A stretch of DNA of 64,000 bases from Rhodospirillales bacterium (GTDB lineage Bacteria; Pseudomonadota; Alphaproteobacteria; Rhodospirillales; SHVU01), in NCBI GenBank assembly GCA_009691105.1, contig SHVU01000010.1:129-64128 (forward strand). Direction: 5' to 3'. Numbering within the stretch: the stretch's first letter is position 1; every line of letters begins with the position of its first letter. Shown here one piece after another: positions 10,600-20,900 of this stretch. The notes beneath the pieces were generated by a model. The model did no database searches. It was not told the DNA's origin and was given only the letters and a program-made list of their open reading frames with translations. Made by a program: the position numbers and the translations under genes.

Positions 10600-12248
10600 A
10601 TCTGATCGGTGAAAGCGTTGGTGATGGGATAGCGCCGGTCGCGGCCGAAGGCGCGGAACGTGATCTTGACGCCGGGTGGGGCTTGGCGGCGCTTGTACTC
10701 GGCTCGATCGACCATCGTCCAGACCTTCTTCACGGTCGCCGGATCGTGGCCTTTGGCGGCGATGTCGGCCGGCGACATCTCGCCCTCGATCAAGTAGCTG
10801 AGGATGGCGTCCAGCTCCGAATACGGCGGCAAGGAATCCTGATCGGTCTGATTGGGGCGCAGTTCGGCGGTCGGGGCCTTGGTGAGCACGCGCTCCGGAA
10901 TCATCGCGCCCTTCGGTCCCAACGAACCGTCATGGAGCGCTTCATTTCGCCAACGCGACAACGCGTAGACCGTCGTCTTGTAGACGTCCTTCAGGATCGC
11001 GTAGCCGCCGCACATATCGCCATACAGCGTCGCGTAGCCCACCGACATCTCGGACTTGTTGCCAGTCGAGACCACCATGTGGCCGAACTTGTTGCTCAGC
11101 GCCATCAAGGTGATGCCCCGCGCCCGGGCCTGGATGTTCTCTTCGGTGGTGTCACGCGACCGCCCCTTGAAGGCATCGGCCAGCATTGTCCCGAACGCCG
11201 TCATCGCCGGACCGATATTGATCGTGTCGAGGACGATGCCGAGAGCCCGCGCCGTCTCGGCCGCGTCATCAAGACTGTCCTGGGACGTAAAGGGTGACGG
11301 CATCATGACGGCGCGGACGCGTATCGGGCCGATCGCATCCACGGCGATCGCCGCGGTCAGCGCCGAGTCGATGCCGCCCGAGAGTCCGAGTAAAACGCCG
11401 CCGAAGCGGTTCTTGTTCACGTAGTCGCCGAGCCCGAGGACCAGGGCGCGATAGATCGACTCGACGCCGTCGGCGGGGCGAACCTTAGGCCCGTCGGCGC
11501 AGACCCAGCCATCCTTGCCGCGCTGCCATTCGGTCAGCGTCACATCCGGCGTCCACGACGGGGCATGAACGCGAAGCGAGTGGTCGGCACCGAGCACGAA
11601 CGACCCCCCGTCGAAGACCAGCTCGTCCTGACCGCCGACGATATTGACGTAGGCGAGAGGCAAGCCCGACTCGAAGACGCGCGCCGTGGCCAGCGTGATT
11701 CTGGTGTCGGGCTTATCGGTCTCAAACGGCGAGCCGTTGATCACGACGAGAATCTCCGCGCCCGATTCCTGCAGGCACTCGGTGACGTCGGGCTTCCACA
11801 TGTCCTCGCAGACCAGCACGCCGAGGCGCACGTCGCGAAAGACCAGCGGGCCGGGCAGCGGACCAGCGGCGAAGACGCGCCGTTCGTCAAAGACGCCGTA
11901 GTTGGGAAGCTCGTGCTTGAGGCTGACCCCGGCGATGGCCCCGCCGTCCAAAAGAATGGCCGCGTTGTAGAGCTTGTCATCCTGGCGCCACGGGGCGCCG
12001 ATCAGCAGCGCTGGCCCGGTCTTGGTCTCGGCGGCGAGTTCGTCGACGGCGGCGCGGACCCGTTCCTGAAAGGCCGGCTTCAACACCAAATCTTCGGGCG
12101 GATATCCGGTCGTGGCGAGTTCGCCGACGACGACCAAGTCCGCCTTCGGGGCCCGAGCCCGGGCCTCGGCAATGCGGCGCCGATTCCCGGCGACGTCGCC
12201 GACGGTCGGGTTGATCTGCGCCAACGCGATGGTGAGCCGATCGGTCAT
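10596..12248 (-). CDS. nadE: Glutamine-dependent NAD+ synthetase
   Basis: N-terminal nitrilase domain (GYPPED, K..LPNYGVFDE, CED) plus GLSGGIDS, ENIQAR, TGNKSE, EYKRRQAP. Confidence 0.96.
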   Translation of the reverse strand: MTDRLTIALAQINPTVGDVAGNRRRIAEARARAPKADLVVVGELATTGYPPEDLVLKPAFQERVRAAVDELAAETKTGPALLIGAPWRQDDKLYNAAILLDGGAIAGVSLKHELPNYGVFDERRVFAAGPLPGPLVFRDVRLGVLVCEDMWKPDVTECLQESGAEILVVINGSPFETDKPDTRITLATARVFESGLPLAYVNIVGGQDELVFDGGSFVLGADHSLRVHAPSWTPDVTLTEWQRGKDGWVCADGPKVRPADGVESIYRALVLGLGDYVNKNRFGGVLLGLSGGIDSALTAAIAVDAIGPIRVRAVMMPSPFTSQDSLDDAAETARALGIVLDTINIGPAMTAFGTMLADAFKGRSRDTTEENIQARARGITLMALSNKFGHMVVSTGNKSEMSVGYATLYGDMCGGYAILKDVYKTTVYALSRWRNEALHDGSLGPKGAMIPERVLTKAPTAELRPNQTDQDSLPPYSELDAILSYLIEGEMSPADIAAKGHDPATVKKVWTMVDRAEYKRRQAPPGVKITFRAFGRDRRYPITNAFTDQI

Positions 12249-12490
12249 TGTCCGGTGCTCGAAGAAGCGCGGCCGGGCCGACCGCGTGCCGCGGCGAGCC
12301 TAGGCACCGGGGCCGGGCCTGTCAATGAACGCGGCCAAATTCGCCTTGCCTTTCAAGGGCATCGCCGCTTCCTACTGTTGCCAGCCGCGAACCGACAAAA
12401 TGCCGTGCGGCTGGAAAACCGCGCTGCAAAACCATATGGTAAGAATCGGACGCTGGATCAACCCGACCGCGCCAGGATGCTGTGAGCTGA

Positions 12491-12943
12491 ATGCGACGAC
12501 CGAGCCCGCAACCGTCGGCCAAAACCGGCGCTAAATCCCCTAGCAAATTCGCACCCCCAGCGGTTCAGGCCCGAGCCATGGCCGAGACCGTGGTCTCGTC
12601 CATCGTCGACCGGCTGATCGGCGAAGCCAACCGCAAGGGCGGGCTCTCGGTGGCCGACCTGCACGCCCTCAGCGACGAGTTCGCGAAGAAGACCGACGCT
12701 CTCCAGAAGGTCTTCCAGAAGTCGTTCGAGGATTACGTGCGGGCTCGTGAACGCTCCGCTTGGGACCAGTCGCGCCAGTTCCCATTCGACCGCATCATCG
12801 TCCGCAAGTTCGCGGTCCTGTTTCCGCAAGATGGCGTCAGCAAGTTAAAGCCCGGACTTCTGTCGCGCCGGGTCCTGCCGGGGTTCTTCCTGGCCCTGTC
12901 GATGATGCTGGGCGAGGACTCATTTTTTGCGTTCGCGGATTAG
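12491..12943 (+). CDS. Hypothetical helical protein, possibly 3'-truncated
   Basis: Host-like codon usage (start possibly ATG 12578). The last 7 codons overlap the convergent pncB 3' end. Confidence 0.6.
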   Translation: MRRPSPQPSAKTGAKSPSKFAPPAVQARAMAETVVSSIVDRLIGEANRKGGLSVADLHALSDEFAKKTDALQKVFQKSFEDYVRARERSAWDQSRQFPFDRIIVRKFAVLFPQDGVSKLKPGLLSRRVLPGFFLALSMMLGEDSFFAFAD

Positions 12944-14110
12944 GAATTCGCGCCCGATTTTGACCGACGGGGCGTTGTCGTAAGCAACAATGTCGGCCGT
13001 CGCGTACGTCTCGATCCAGTTCTCGGGCAGATAGGACCCCGTTCCAATCGCGTCGACCGGAGCCGAAGCATCCGCCATGACGCGGCATTTGGCGACGCTG
13101 AATCCCGATGACGCAACGATTCGGACTTTGTCGTAGCCGGCGCGATCCAAGCTGTCGCGCATATGGAAGATCGCCGCGGCCGAGACACCGGTGCCGGTCA
13201 GGTAACGAAGTTCGGTTTCGCTGCGATAGCGGCGAACAGCAAGCGGCACGTGACGTTCCAACACGGCGTAAGATTCTTGCGGATCGAGGCCTTCGACGAA
13301 ACGGCCGCCGTGGGTATCGATGCGCACCGCCAATCGTCCCGCCGCGGCGATATCGTGGAAGCGCTTGCAGACGGCAAGCGCGTCGGTGATCTCGCGGCCG
13401 TAATAATCGACGAGGACGGTTAGGTCCTGGTAGGGAAAGGTTTCGTGAAACATCTCGGCGGCGCGGACCGTCGAGCCGGCGTAGCCGATCAGCGCGTGCG
13501 GCATGGTACCGAGACCGCTGGCTTGACCGAAGAAATGCGCCGTCGCGTTGGTGGCGTTTCCAACGAAGCCCTTAGCGCCGACCTTCTTCTTCGCGGCGTC
13601 CGATCCGACCGAAGCCGCATAGGCCATGAGCTCGGCCATTTCCGTTCCGGCGCAGTGCCGCGCATCCATGGCGATGAACGCGACCCGCGGCAAATCCGTA
13701 CACATCGAATAGGCGTTATAGGCGGCGATGCAAGACGCGCCGAGCTTCTGTAGATAGAGCGTCTCGAGATCGACCAAGTGATAGAACGAGCCTTCGATGT
13801 AGAGCAGCGGCTCGCCGGCGCCGACCCAGTCGCCTTCCTGGTAGTTCAGTTTGATTGTAAATTCGGTGCCGCGGGCCTTGGCGATCGCCATCAGCCAATC
13901 GACCATCAGACGCGGCGTGAAGATCACCGGCCGGCGCATGAAGATCGCGTAGGTTACGCGCTTGTCGCCGAAACGGTGGATCGTCTCTTTCGTTTTGACG
14001 AAATAGCGGTCGGTGAAGCGGCCGACATCCGGCTCACTCGGCCACGGTCTCGGGCCTTCGGCGCCGGGAGCGATCTTGGGGCTCTCGGCGCGGCTTGGCT
14101 TTCGGGCCAT
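12920..14110 (-). CDS. pncB: Nicotinate phosphoribosyltransferase (alphaproteobacterial type)
   Basis: TDRYF, MDARH, GTMPHALIG, LVDY, VRIDT, ASSGF, GTGS; close to nadE. Confidence 0.82.
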   Translation of the reverse strand: MARKPSRAESPKIAPGAEGPRPWPSEPDVGRFTDRYFVKTKETIHRFGDKRVTYAIFMRRPVIFTPRLMVDWLMAIAKARGTEFTIKLNYQEGDWVGAGEPLLYIEGSFYHLVDLETLYLQKLGASCIAAYNAYSMCTDLPRVAFIAMDARHCAGTEMAELMAYAASVGSDAAKKKVGAKGFVGNATNATAHFFGQASGLGTMPHALIGYAGSTVRAAEMFHETFPYQDLTVLVDYYGREITDALAVCKRFHDIAAAGRLAVRIDTHGGRFVEGLDPQESYAVLERHVPLAVRRYRSETELRYLTGTGVSAAAIFHMRDSLDRAGYDKVRIVASSGFSVAKCRVMADASAPVDAIGTGSYLPENWIETYATADIVAYDNAPSVKIGREFLIRERKK

Positions 14111-14117
14111 AGGTGAC

Positions 14118-15500
14118 TCAGACCGCTTGCGCGAGACGCTCGCGATTGGCCACACGCCGATCCTTCAGCATCTCGGCGATCTCAAAGGCAAGCTCGAGAG
14201 ATTGCTCGGCATTGAGCCGGGGATCGCAATGCGTGTGGTAACGATCGGCAAGATTGGCTTCGGTCACCGGCTGGGCGCCACCAACGCACTCGGTCACGTT
14301 CTGACCGGTGAGCTCGAAATGGACGCCGCCGGGGAACGTGCCTTCGCCACGATGGACGGCGAAGAAGCCCCGGACCTCGGCAACGATACGGTCGAAATGC
14401 CTGGTCTTGAGACCGTTGGCGCTCTTCACCGTGTTGCCGTGCATGGGATCGCAGGACCACGCAACCTTGCGGCCTTCACGGGTGATGCGCCGAATGATCG
14501 GCGGAAGCCCGGCCTCGACCTTGTCGGTCCCCATCCGAGCGATGAGCGTGATGCGGCCCGCCTCGTCCTTGGGATTGAGAATGTCGAGGATGCGGATCAA
14601 GTCGTCGAGATCGGTGGTCGGCCCTACTTTGATGCCGAGCGGATTGTGGATGCCGCGCAAATAATCGACATGCGCGCCCGCCGACGTCCGCGTCCGATCG
14701 CCGATCCACAGCATATGCGCCGAGGTGTCGTACCACTCGCCTGTCGTCGAATCGACGCGCGTCATGACCTGCTCGTAGGGCAGCAGCAACGCCTCGTGGG
14801 ACGTGAAGAAATCCGTCTCGCGAATTTGCGGCGTGGTTTCCGATGTGATGCCGCAGGCCGCCATGAAGGCCAGCGTCTCGTCGATGCGGTTGGCGAGACC
14901 TTCGAAGCGCTCGGCCAACGGGCTCGACGCGACAAAGCCGAGCGTCCATTGATGGACGCGGTGCAGGTCGGCGTAGCCGCCTTGCGCGAAAGCGCGGAGC
15001 AGGTTCAGCGTCGCCGCCGACTGGTTATAGGCTTGGACCATGCGGGCCGGGCTCGGGTCGCGCGCCTCGCGCGTGAACTCCATGCCGTTGATCATGTCGC
15101 CGCGATAGGCCGGCAGCGTAACGCCGTCGATGGTTTCGGTATCGGAGCTGCGCGGCTTGGCGAACTGGCCGGCCAGGCGGCCGACCTTAACCACCGGCAA
15201 AGCGGCGGCAAACGTCAGCACGACTGCCATTTGCAGCAGCACGCGGAAGGTGTCGCGGATGTTGTTGGGGTGGAATTCGGCGAAGCTTTCCGCGCAGTCA
15301 CCGCCCTGCATCAGGAAAGCACGGCCGTCGACAACCCGGGCCAGCGTAGCCTTCAGGCGCCGCGCTTCACCCGCAAACACCAGGGGCGGATAGTTGCGCA
15401 GCGTCGTCTCGGCCTTGGCGAGCTCGGCCGAGTTGGGGTAAACCGGCATTTGCTTGGCGGGTTTCGACCGCCAGCCTTCAGGCGTCCACTTTTCGGCCAT
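14118..15500 (-). CDS. Class II DAHP synthase (3-deoxy-7-phosphoheptulonate synthase)
   Basis: [43 protein letters not shown]. Confidence 0.97.
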   Translation of the reverse strand: MAEKWTPEGWRSKPAKQMPVYPNSAELAKAETTLRNYPPLVFAGEARRLKATLARVVDGRAFLMQGGDCAESFAEFHPNNIRDTFRVLLQMAVVLTFAAALPVVKVGRLAGQFAKPRSSDTETIDGVTLPAYRGDMINGMEFTREARDPSPARMVQAYNQSAATLNLLRAFAQGGYADLHRVHQWTLGFVASSPLAERFEGLANRIDETLAFMAACGITSETTPQIRETDFFTSHEALLLPYEQVMTRVDSTTGEWYDTSAHMLWIGDRTRTSAGAHVDYLRGIHNPLGIKVGPTTDLDDLIRILDILNPKDEAGRITLIARMGTDKVEAGLPPIIRRITREGRKVAWSCDPMHGNTVKSANGLKTRHFDRIVAEVRGFFAVHRGEGTFPGGVHFELTGQNVTECVGGAQPVTEANLADRYHTHCDPRLNAEQSLELAFEIAEMLKDRRVANRERLAQAV

Positions 15501-15575
15501 ATCATCCTCGCGGGCCTTCAGAACGGGCAAGGCTATACGCTGGAATCCCTCTACTTTCAAGGAAACGGCACCAAC

Positions 15576-16253
15576 ATGATCGAGCTTTACACCTGGACCA
15601 CGAATAACGGCCGCAAGCCAATCGTCGCCCTGGAGGAAATGGGCATCCCATATCGCCTCCAGTGGCTCGACATCTGGAAGGGCGAGACCCGCTCAGCCGA
15701 GCACAAACAGTTTCATCCCCTGGGCATGATCCCGGCCCTGGTCGACCCGGACGGTCCGGGCGGCGAGGCCGTGACGGTCTGGGAGTCGGTCATGATCCTG
15801 ATCTATCTCGGCGAGAAGACCGGCAAATTCTTACCCACCCAGGGGGCGAAGCGCCTCGAGGTCCTGCAATGGACCGTGTTCCACACCGCCTCGGTCACGC
15901 CGTCGATGGACCAGTTCATGCTGTTCCGGCGCGAGCCAGATATCGCCTCGCCGACCCTCAAAGAGATGGTCGGAAAGCGCGTCACCCGGCGCATGGAAAT
16001 GATGAACGATCGGCTCACTGGCCGGGAATACATCTGCGACGAGCTGAGCATCGCCGATATGGCCCACTATCCCTTGTTCGTCGTGGGGATTGCGGCGGGC
16101 CTCGATCTTGGCCCCTATCCGCATCTGAAAGCTTGGTGCGATCGGATGGCGGCCCGGCCCAAGGTGGCGCGCGGTATCACCATCATGCCCGAAGGCTACG
16201 TGGCACCGGCGAAACGCCCGACCGAGATCCCGGGCGGCTGGCCGCTCGGCTAA
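15576..16253 (+). CDS. Glutathione S-transferase (YfcG/YghU-like)
   Basis: [32 protein letters not shown]; RBS AAGGA upstream. The 746-aa track ORF is a spurious N-terminal extension. Confidence 0.9.
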   Translation: MIELYTWTTNNGRKPIVALEEMGIPYRLQWLDIWKGETRSAEHKQFHPLGMIPALVDPDGPGGEAVTVWESVMILIYLGEKTGKFLPTQGAKRLEVLQWTVFHTASVTPSMDQFMLFRREPDIASPTLKEMVGKRVTRRMEMMNDRLTGREYICDELSIADMAHYPLFVVGIAAGLDLGPYPHLKAWCDRMAARPKVARGITIMPEGYVAPAKRPTEIPGGWPLG

Positions 16254-16256
16254 GGG

Positions 16257-17648
16257 CTAGACCTTCGCCGGAGCGGCGGGCGTCGGCGCGACCGGGTCGG
16301 GCCGCTTGGTCCGCATGGTAACGAACTCTTCGGCCGCGGTCGGGTGAATGCCGATCGTCCGGTCGAAATCGCGTTTCGTCGCCCCGGCCGTGATCGCCAC
16401 CGCCAACCCTTGAACGATCTCGGCCGCGTCCATGCCCATCATGTGGCAGCCGAGGACGCGGTCGGTGGCACGATCGACGATTAGTTTCATCAAGGTCAGC
16501 TCGTCGCGACACGAGAGCGTGTGCTTCAAGGGCTTGAAGCGCGCGACATAGACGTCGATCGCGCCATGGCTGGCCTTAGCCTGGGCTTCGGTCAGACCGA
16601 CGCAGGAAATTTGTGGGTGGCTGAAGACCGCCGTCGGGACATTGGCGTAATCGAATGCTGTCGGCCGGCCCCCAAACACCGTCGCCACGAAGGCCATGCC
16701 TTCGGCGAGCGCGACCGGGGTCAGATTGAGGCGATTGGTGACGTCGCCGATGGCATAGATCGACTCCACGGCCGTCCGCGAATAGGAATCGACGACGACG
16801 GCGCCAACCGGATCGAGCTTGATACCCGCCGCCTCCAACCCAAGGCCCTGGGTGCGGGGCTTCCGCCCCGTCGCGTACAGGATCTGATCGGCGGCGATGG
16901 TTTCGCCCGTGTCCAAACGAACCGTGACGCCTTGGGTTGCCGCCTCGATGGACCGAACCTGGGACTTCGCCTTGATGGCGATGCCGCGCTTGGTCATTTC
17001 GTCGGCGAGGCCGGCTCGGATGTCCTCGTCGAAGCCTCGCAACGGCGAGTCGGCGCGGATGACCAGACTGACGGCCGACCCCAGGCCACGGAAAATCCCA
17101 GCGAACTCGACGGCGATGTAGCCGCCGCCGACAATGACGACCCGTTTCGGTTGCGTCTTGAGATCAAAGGCTTCGTTCGAGGTGATGGCGCGCTCAATCC
17201 AGGGAACCGTCGGTATTTCGGGCCAGGCGCCGGCAGCGATCAGGATGTGCTTGGCGGTCAGGCGCCGGCCGTCGACCTCGACCGTATGCGGATCGACGAG
17301 ACGCGCCGTGCCTTCGACGATCGTGACACCGCTGTCGCGCAGCAGCTTGATGTAGATGCCGTTAAGCCGATCGATCTCGCGATCCTTGTTAGCGATCAGG
17401 CGCGACCAATCGAAGGCCGGCTGGGCTTTCTCCCAACCGAACCAGAAGGCATCTTCGAAGTCGTCTTGGAAATGCGCCGCGTAGGCGAGCAGCTTCTTCG
17501 GGATGCAGCCACGGATGACGCAGGTGCCGCCGACGCGGCTGTTTTCAACCACCGCCACCCGGGCGCCGGTCTGGGCGGTGAGCCGCGAGGCTCGCACGCC
17601 ACCTGAACCGGCCCCGATGGTGACGAGGTCGTAGTCGTAAGCGGCCAC
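16257..17648 (-). CDS. gor: Glutathione-disulfide reductase
   Basis: GAGSGG, GGTCVIRGCIPKK, GGGYIAVEFA, GIHPTAAEE. Confidence 0.96.
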   Translation of the reverse strand: MAAYDYDLVTIGAGSGGVRASRLTAQTGARVAVVENSRVGGTCVIRGCIPKKLLAYAAHFQDDFEDAFWFGWEKAQPAFDWSRLIANKDREIDRLNGIYIKLLRDSGVTIVEGTARLVDPHTVEVDGRRLTAKHILIAAGAWPEIPTVPWIERAITSNEAFDLKTQPKRVVIVGGGYIAVEFAGIFRGLGSAVSLVIRADSPLRGFDEDIRAGLADEMTKRGIAIKAKSQVRSIEAATQGVTVRLDTGETIAADQILYATGRKPRTQGLGLEAAGIKLDPVGAVVVDSYSRTAVESIYAIGDVTNRLNLTPVALAEGMAFVATVFGGRPTAFDYANVPTAVFSHPQISCVGLTEAQAKASHGAIDVYVARFKPLKHTLSCRDELTLMKLIVDRATDRVLGCHMMGMDAAEIVQGLAVAITAGATKRDFDRTIGIHPTAAEEFVTMRTKRPDPVAPTPAAPAKV

Positions 17649-17671
17649 GGACAGACCCGGGCCGTAGCGTC

Positions 17672-19129
17672 CTAGCGGTCGATCCCGCCGAGGCAGACGT
17701 ATTTGATCTCGAGGTATTCATCGATGCCGTACTTTGACCCCTCGCGACCCGTACCGGATTCCTTCATGCCGCCGAACGGCGCCACTTCGGTCGAGAAGAT
17801 GCCGGCGTTGACCGAAACGATGCCGTATTCGAGCGCTTCGGAGACACGGATGACGCGGCCCATGTCGCGGGAATAGAAGTACGCGGCGAGCCCGAACGGC
17901 GTGTCGTTGGCGAGCCGGATCGCGTCCTTCTCGGTCTTGAACTTGAGGATCGGGGCGACGGGCCCGAAGATTTCCTCACGCGAGAGCGGCATGTCGTCGG
18001 TAACGTCGGCAACCACCGTTGGCTCGTAGAAGTTACCGCCGAGCTTGTGGCGCTTGCCGCCGATGACGACGCGGGCGCCCTTGTCGACCGCGTCTTTAAC
18101 GAGACGCTCGACCTTCTCGACGCCCTCGGCATTGATGAGCGGGCCCTGATCGGTCTCGCCTTTCAAGCCGTCGCCGACCCGAAGGCCGGAGGCGCGCTGC
18201 GCGAACCGGCCGACGAAATCGTCGTAGACCGATTCCTGGGCGTAGATGCGGTTGGTGCAGACGCAGGTCTGACCGGTGTTGCGGAACTTGGACGCGATGG
18301 CGCCTTCGACCGCCTGGTCAAGATCGGCATCCTCGAACACCAGAAACGGCGCGTTGCCTCCGAGTTCGAGCGACACCTTCTTCACGGTGCTGGCGCACTG
18401 ACGCATCAGCTCCTTGCCGATTTCGGTCGAACCGGTGAACGACACCTTTCGTACCGTCGGGTTCGTCGTCAGCTCGCCACCGACGACTTTCGCCGAACCG
18501 GTGATGATGTTGATGACGCCCTTGGGGAACCCGGCACGCGCGGCGAGTTCCGCCAAGGCGAGCGCCGAATACGGTGTGGCCGACGCCGGCTTCACCACGA
18601 CCGTGCAGCCCGACGCGAGAGCCGGACCGCACTTGCGGGTGATCATAGCGTTGGGAAAGTTCCACGGCGTGATCGCCGCGACGACGCCCACCGGCTGCTT
18701 CGTCACCATGATGCGACGGTCTTTGTTGGTCGTCGGGATGGTGTCGCCGTACACGCGCTTGCCTTCCTCAGCGTACCACTCGATGAACGAGGCCCCGTAG
18801 ACGACTTCACCGCGGGACTCGGTCATCGGCTTGCCCTGCTCTGAGGTCATGAGGATTGCGAGATCCTCCACATTCTCCAGCATCAGGTCGTTCCACTTCT
18901 TCAGGATCTTGGCCCGCTCCTTCGCGGTCATCCCACTCCACTCCGGGAACGCCCGATCGGCAGCGGCAATGGCCCGCTTGGTTTCGGCCACGCCCACATC
19001 CGGAACGGTTCCAACGGTGGATCCGTCAGCCGGATTGCGGACCGGGAAGGACTTCTTGGAGTCGGCGTCTACCCAGGCGCCGTCGATGTAGTTCTGCTGA
19101 CGAAACAGCTTCGGATCTTTGAGCTTCAC
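17672..19129 (-). CDS. gabD: Succinate-semialdehyde dehydrogenase, copy A
   Basis: ITPWNFPNAMITRK, KPASATP, LELGGNAP, KFRNTGQTCVC, EEIFGP, GREGSKYG; GTG start at 19129. Confidence 0.93.
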   Translation of the reverse strand: MKLKDPKLFRQQNYIDGAWVDADSKKSFPVRNPADGSTVGTVPDVGVAETKRAIAAADRAFPEWSGMTAKERAKILKKWNDLMLENVEDLAILMTSEQGKPMTESRGEVVYGASFIEWYAEEGKRVYGDTIPTTNKDRRIMVTKQPVGVVAAITPWNFPNAMITRKCGPALASGCTVVVKPASATPYSALALAELAARAGFPKGVINIITGSAKVVGGELTTNPTVRKVSFTGSTEIGKELMRQCASTVKKVSLELGGNAPFLVFEDADLDQAVEGAIASKFRNTGQTCVCTNRIYAQESVYDDFVGRFAQRASGLRVGDGLKGETDQGPLINAEGVEKVERLVKDAVDKGARVVIGGKRHKLGGNFYEPTVVADVTDDMPLSREEIFGPVAPILKFKTEKDAIRLANDTPFGLAAYFYSRDMGRVIRVSEALEYGIVSVNAGIFSTEVAPFGGMKESGTGREGSKYGIDEYLEIKYVCLGGIDR

Positions 19130-19161
19130 GGCTCTTCTCCCTGGGTTGACGTCGTTCGTGG

Positions 19162-20622
19162 TTAGCGGTCGAGACCGCCCATGCACAGATATTTGAGTTC
19201 GACGAACTCTTCGATTCCGTACTTCGAGCCTTCACGGCCGATGCCGGATTCCTTCATGCCGCCAAAGGGCGCAACCTCGGCTGCCGAAACGCCGACGTTG
19301 ATGCCGACGACGCCCGACTCGAGGGCTTCGGCGACGCGCCACACCCGGCCCAGGTCCCGCGAGTAGAAATAGTTCGCGAGGCCGTAACGGGTGTCGTTGG
19401 CGAGCTGGACCGCTTCGTCTTCAGTCTTGAAGCGATAGATCGGAGCGACGGGCCCGAAGATTTCTTCCTTGGCCATGCGCATGGTCGCCGTGACTTCGGC
19501 CATGACCGTCGGCTCGTAATAGGTGCCGCCGAGCTTGTGGCGCTTGCCGCCGATCACGATCCGGGCACCCTTGTCGACAGCGTCTTTAACGAGGGTTTCG
19601 ACCTTTTTCACGCCATCTTCGTTGATCAGCGGGCCTTGATCGATGCCGGCGGTGAGGCCGTCGCCAACCTTGAGGCCGGACACAGCCTGGGCAAAGCGTC
19701 CCACGAAGTCGTCATAGACGCTGTCCTGGACATAGAAACGGTTCGCGCAGACGCAGGTCTGACCGGCGTTGCGGAACTTGGACTGGATGGCGCCTTCGAC
19801 CGCCTGATCAAGATCGGCATCGTCGAACACGATGAACGAGGCGTTGCCGCCGAGCTCGAGAGTCACCTTCTTCACGGTGTCGGCGCATTGGCGCATGAGG
19901 ATCTTGCCGACCTCGGTCGATCCGGTGAAGCCAACCTTACGAACGGTCGGGTTGGTGGTGAGCTCGGTTCCGATCGGCACCGGGTTCTCGGCGACGACGA
20001 CGTTGATGACGCCCTTCGGGAAGCCGGCACGTTCAGCGAGCTCGACCAAGGCCAACGCCGAAAGCGGCGTGTCTTCGGCCGGCTTGATGACGACGGTGCA
20101 ACCGGCGGCCAACGCCGGCGAGCACTTCCGCATGATCATGCCGTGGGGGAAGTTCCAGGGCGTGATCGCGGCGACGACGCCGACGGGCTGCTTGATGACA
20201 ATGAAGCGGCGGTCAGCCGAGGTCGAGGGGATAGTGTCGCCGTAGATGCGACGGCCTTCTTCGGCGAACCATTCGACCATGGAGCAACCCATGCCGATCT
20301 CGCCCTTGGCTTCCGAGAGGGGCTTGCCCTGTTCGGAGGTCAGAATGACCGCGAGGTCGTCCTGGTTCGCTTTGATCAAGTCCAGCCACTTGCGCATGAT
20401 GACGGTGCGCTCTTTGGCGTTCTTCTTGCTCCAACCGGGAAACGCCTTTTCGGCGGCCGCGATGGCGCGCTTGGTTTCGGCCGCGCCCATTTCGGGCAGC
20501 GTCGCCAGGGTCTCGCCGTTCGTCGGGTTGGTGACCGTAAAGGTCTTGCCCGAGTCGGCGCCGACCCAGACGCCGTCGATGTAGCCATGGCGACGCAGCA
20601 GCTTGGAATCTTTGAGTTGCAT
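19162..20622 (-). CDS. gabD: Succinate-semialdehyde dehydrogenase-like aldehyde dehydrogenase, copy B
   Basis: ITPWNFPHGMIMRK, KPAEDTP, LELGGNAS, KFRNAGQTCVC; tandem paralogue of copy A. Confidence 0.88.
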   Translation of the reverse strand: MQLKDSKLLRRHGYIDGVWVGADSGKTFTVTNPTNGETLATLPEMGAAETKRAIAAAEKAFPGWSKKNAKERTVIMRKWLDLIKANQDDLAVILTSEQGKPLSEAKGEIGMGCSMVEWFAEEGRRIYGDTIPSTSADRRFIVIKQPVGVVAAITPWNFPHGMIMRKCSPALAAGCTVVIKPAEDTPLSALALVELAERAGFPKGVINVVVAENPVPIGTELTTNPTVRKVGFTGSTEVGKILMRQCADTVKKVTLELGGNASFIVFDDADLDQAVEGAIQSKFRNAGQTCVCANRFYVQDSVYDDFVGRFAQAVSGLKVGDGLTAGIDQGPLINEDGVKKVETLVKDAVDKGARIVIGGKRHKLGGTYYEPTVMAEVTATMRMAKEEIFGPVAPIYRFKTEDEAVQLANDTRYGLANYFYSRDLGRVWRVAEALESGVVGINVGVSAAEVAPFGGMKESGIGREGSKYGIEEFVELKYLCMGGLDR

Positions 20623-20826
20623 TAGTTCCTCTCGTCGTGGGAGTCGCGGTGGTGCGACCGTGATAGCCTTCTCGACCACGGTTGACGGCGACGCTGATTA
20701 AGAAGTGGTCTGCCGCCTTGGCGGCCGAAGGTCGCCCGCGTGTCCGATGAACCAGAACATATCTCATCTGCGCGGTTCCGCAAGATCGTCCTGGCAGGCC
20801 GGGACGCCGCTAAACTGGCGTAAATC

Positions 20827-20849
20827 TGCTGGTTAGGAACCTACCAGCA
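20827..20849. promoter_or_regulatory. Imperfect palindrome, candidate operator upstream of the gabD pair
   Basis: TGCTGG-T-TAGG-AA-CCTA-CCAGCA, flanked by two AACTGGC direct repeats. Confidence 0.35.
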
Positions 20850-20900
20850 TAACTGGCATCACTCGGGCGCGGCACTGGGCCACCGCCCGAGGCAAACGGC

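Noticed and set aside
12250-12490. Possible riboswitch in the nadE upstream region (CCAGCCGC...GCGGCTGG hairpin)
   Set aside because: Only one GC-rich stem and no recognisable aptamer consensus; an Rfam search would be needed.
15543-15563. In-frame ESLYFQG resembling a TEV protease site directly upstream of a GST (possible vector contamination)
   Set aside because: It lies in the untranslated intergenic region, overlaps the RBS, differs from ENLYFQG, and the GST is a native bacterial type; coincidence.
14013-16253. 746-aa ORF suggesting a large GST fusion
   Set aside because: The first 521 codons are the stop-free antisense shadow of the DAHP synthase; the real GST starts at ATG 15576 with its own RBS.
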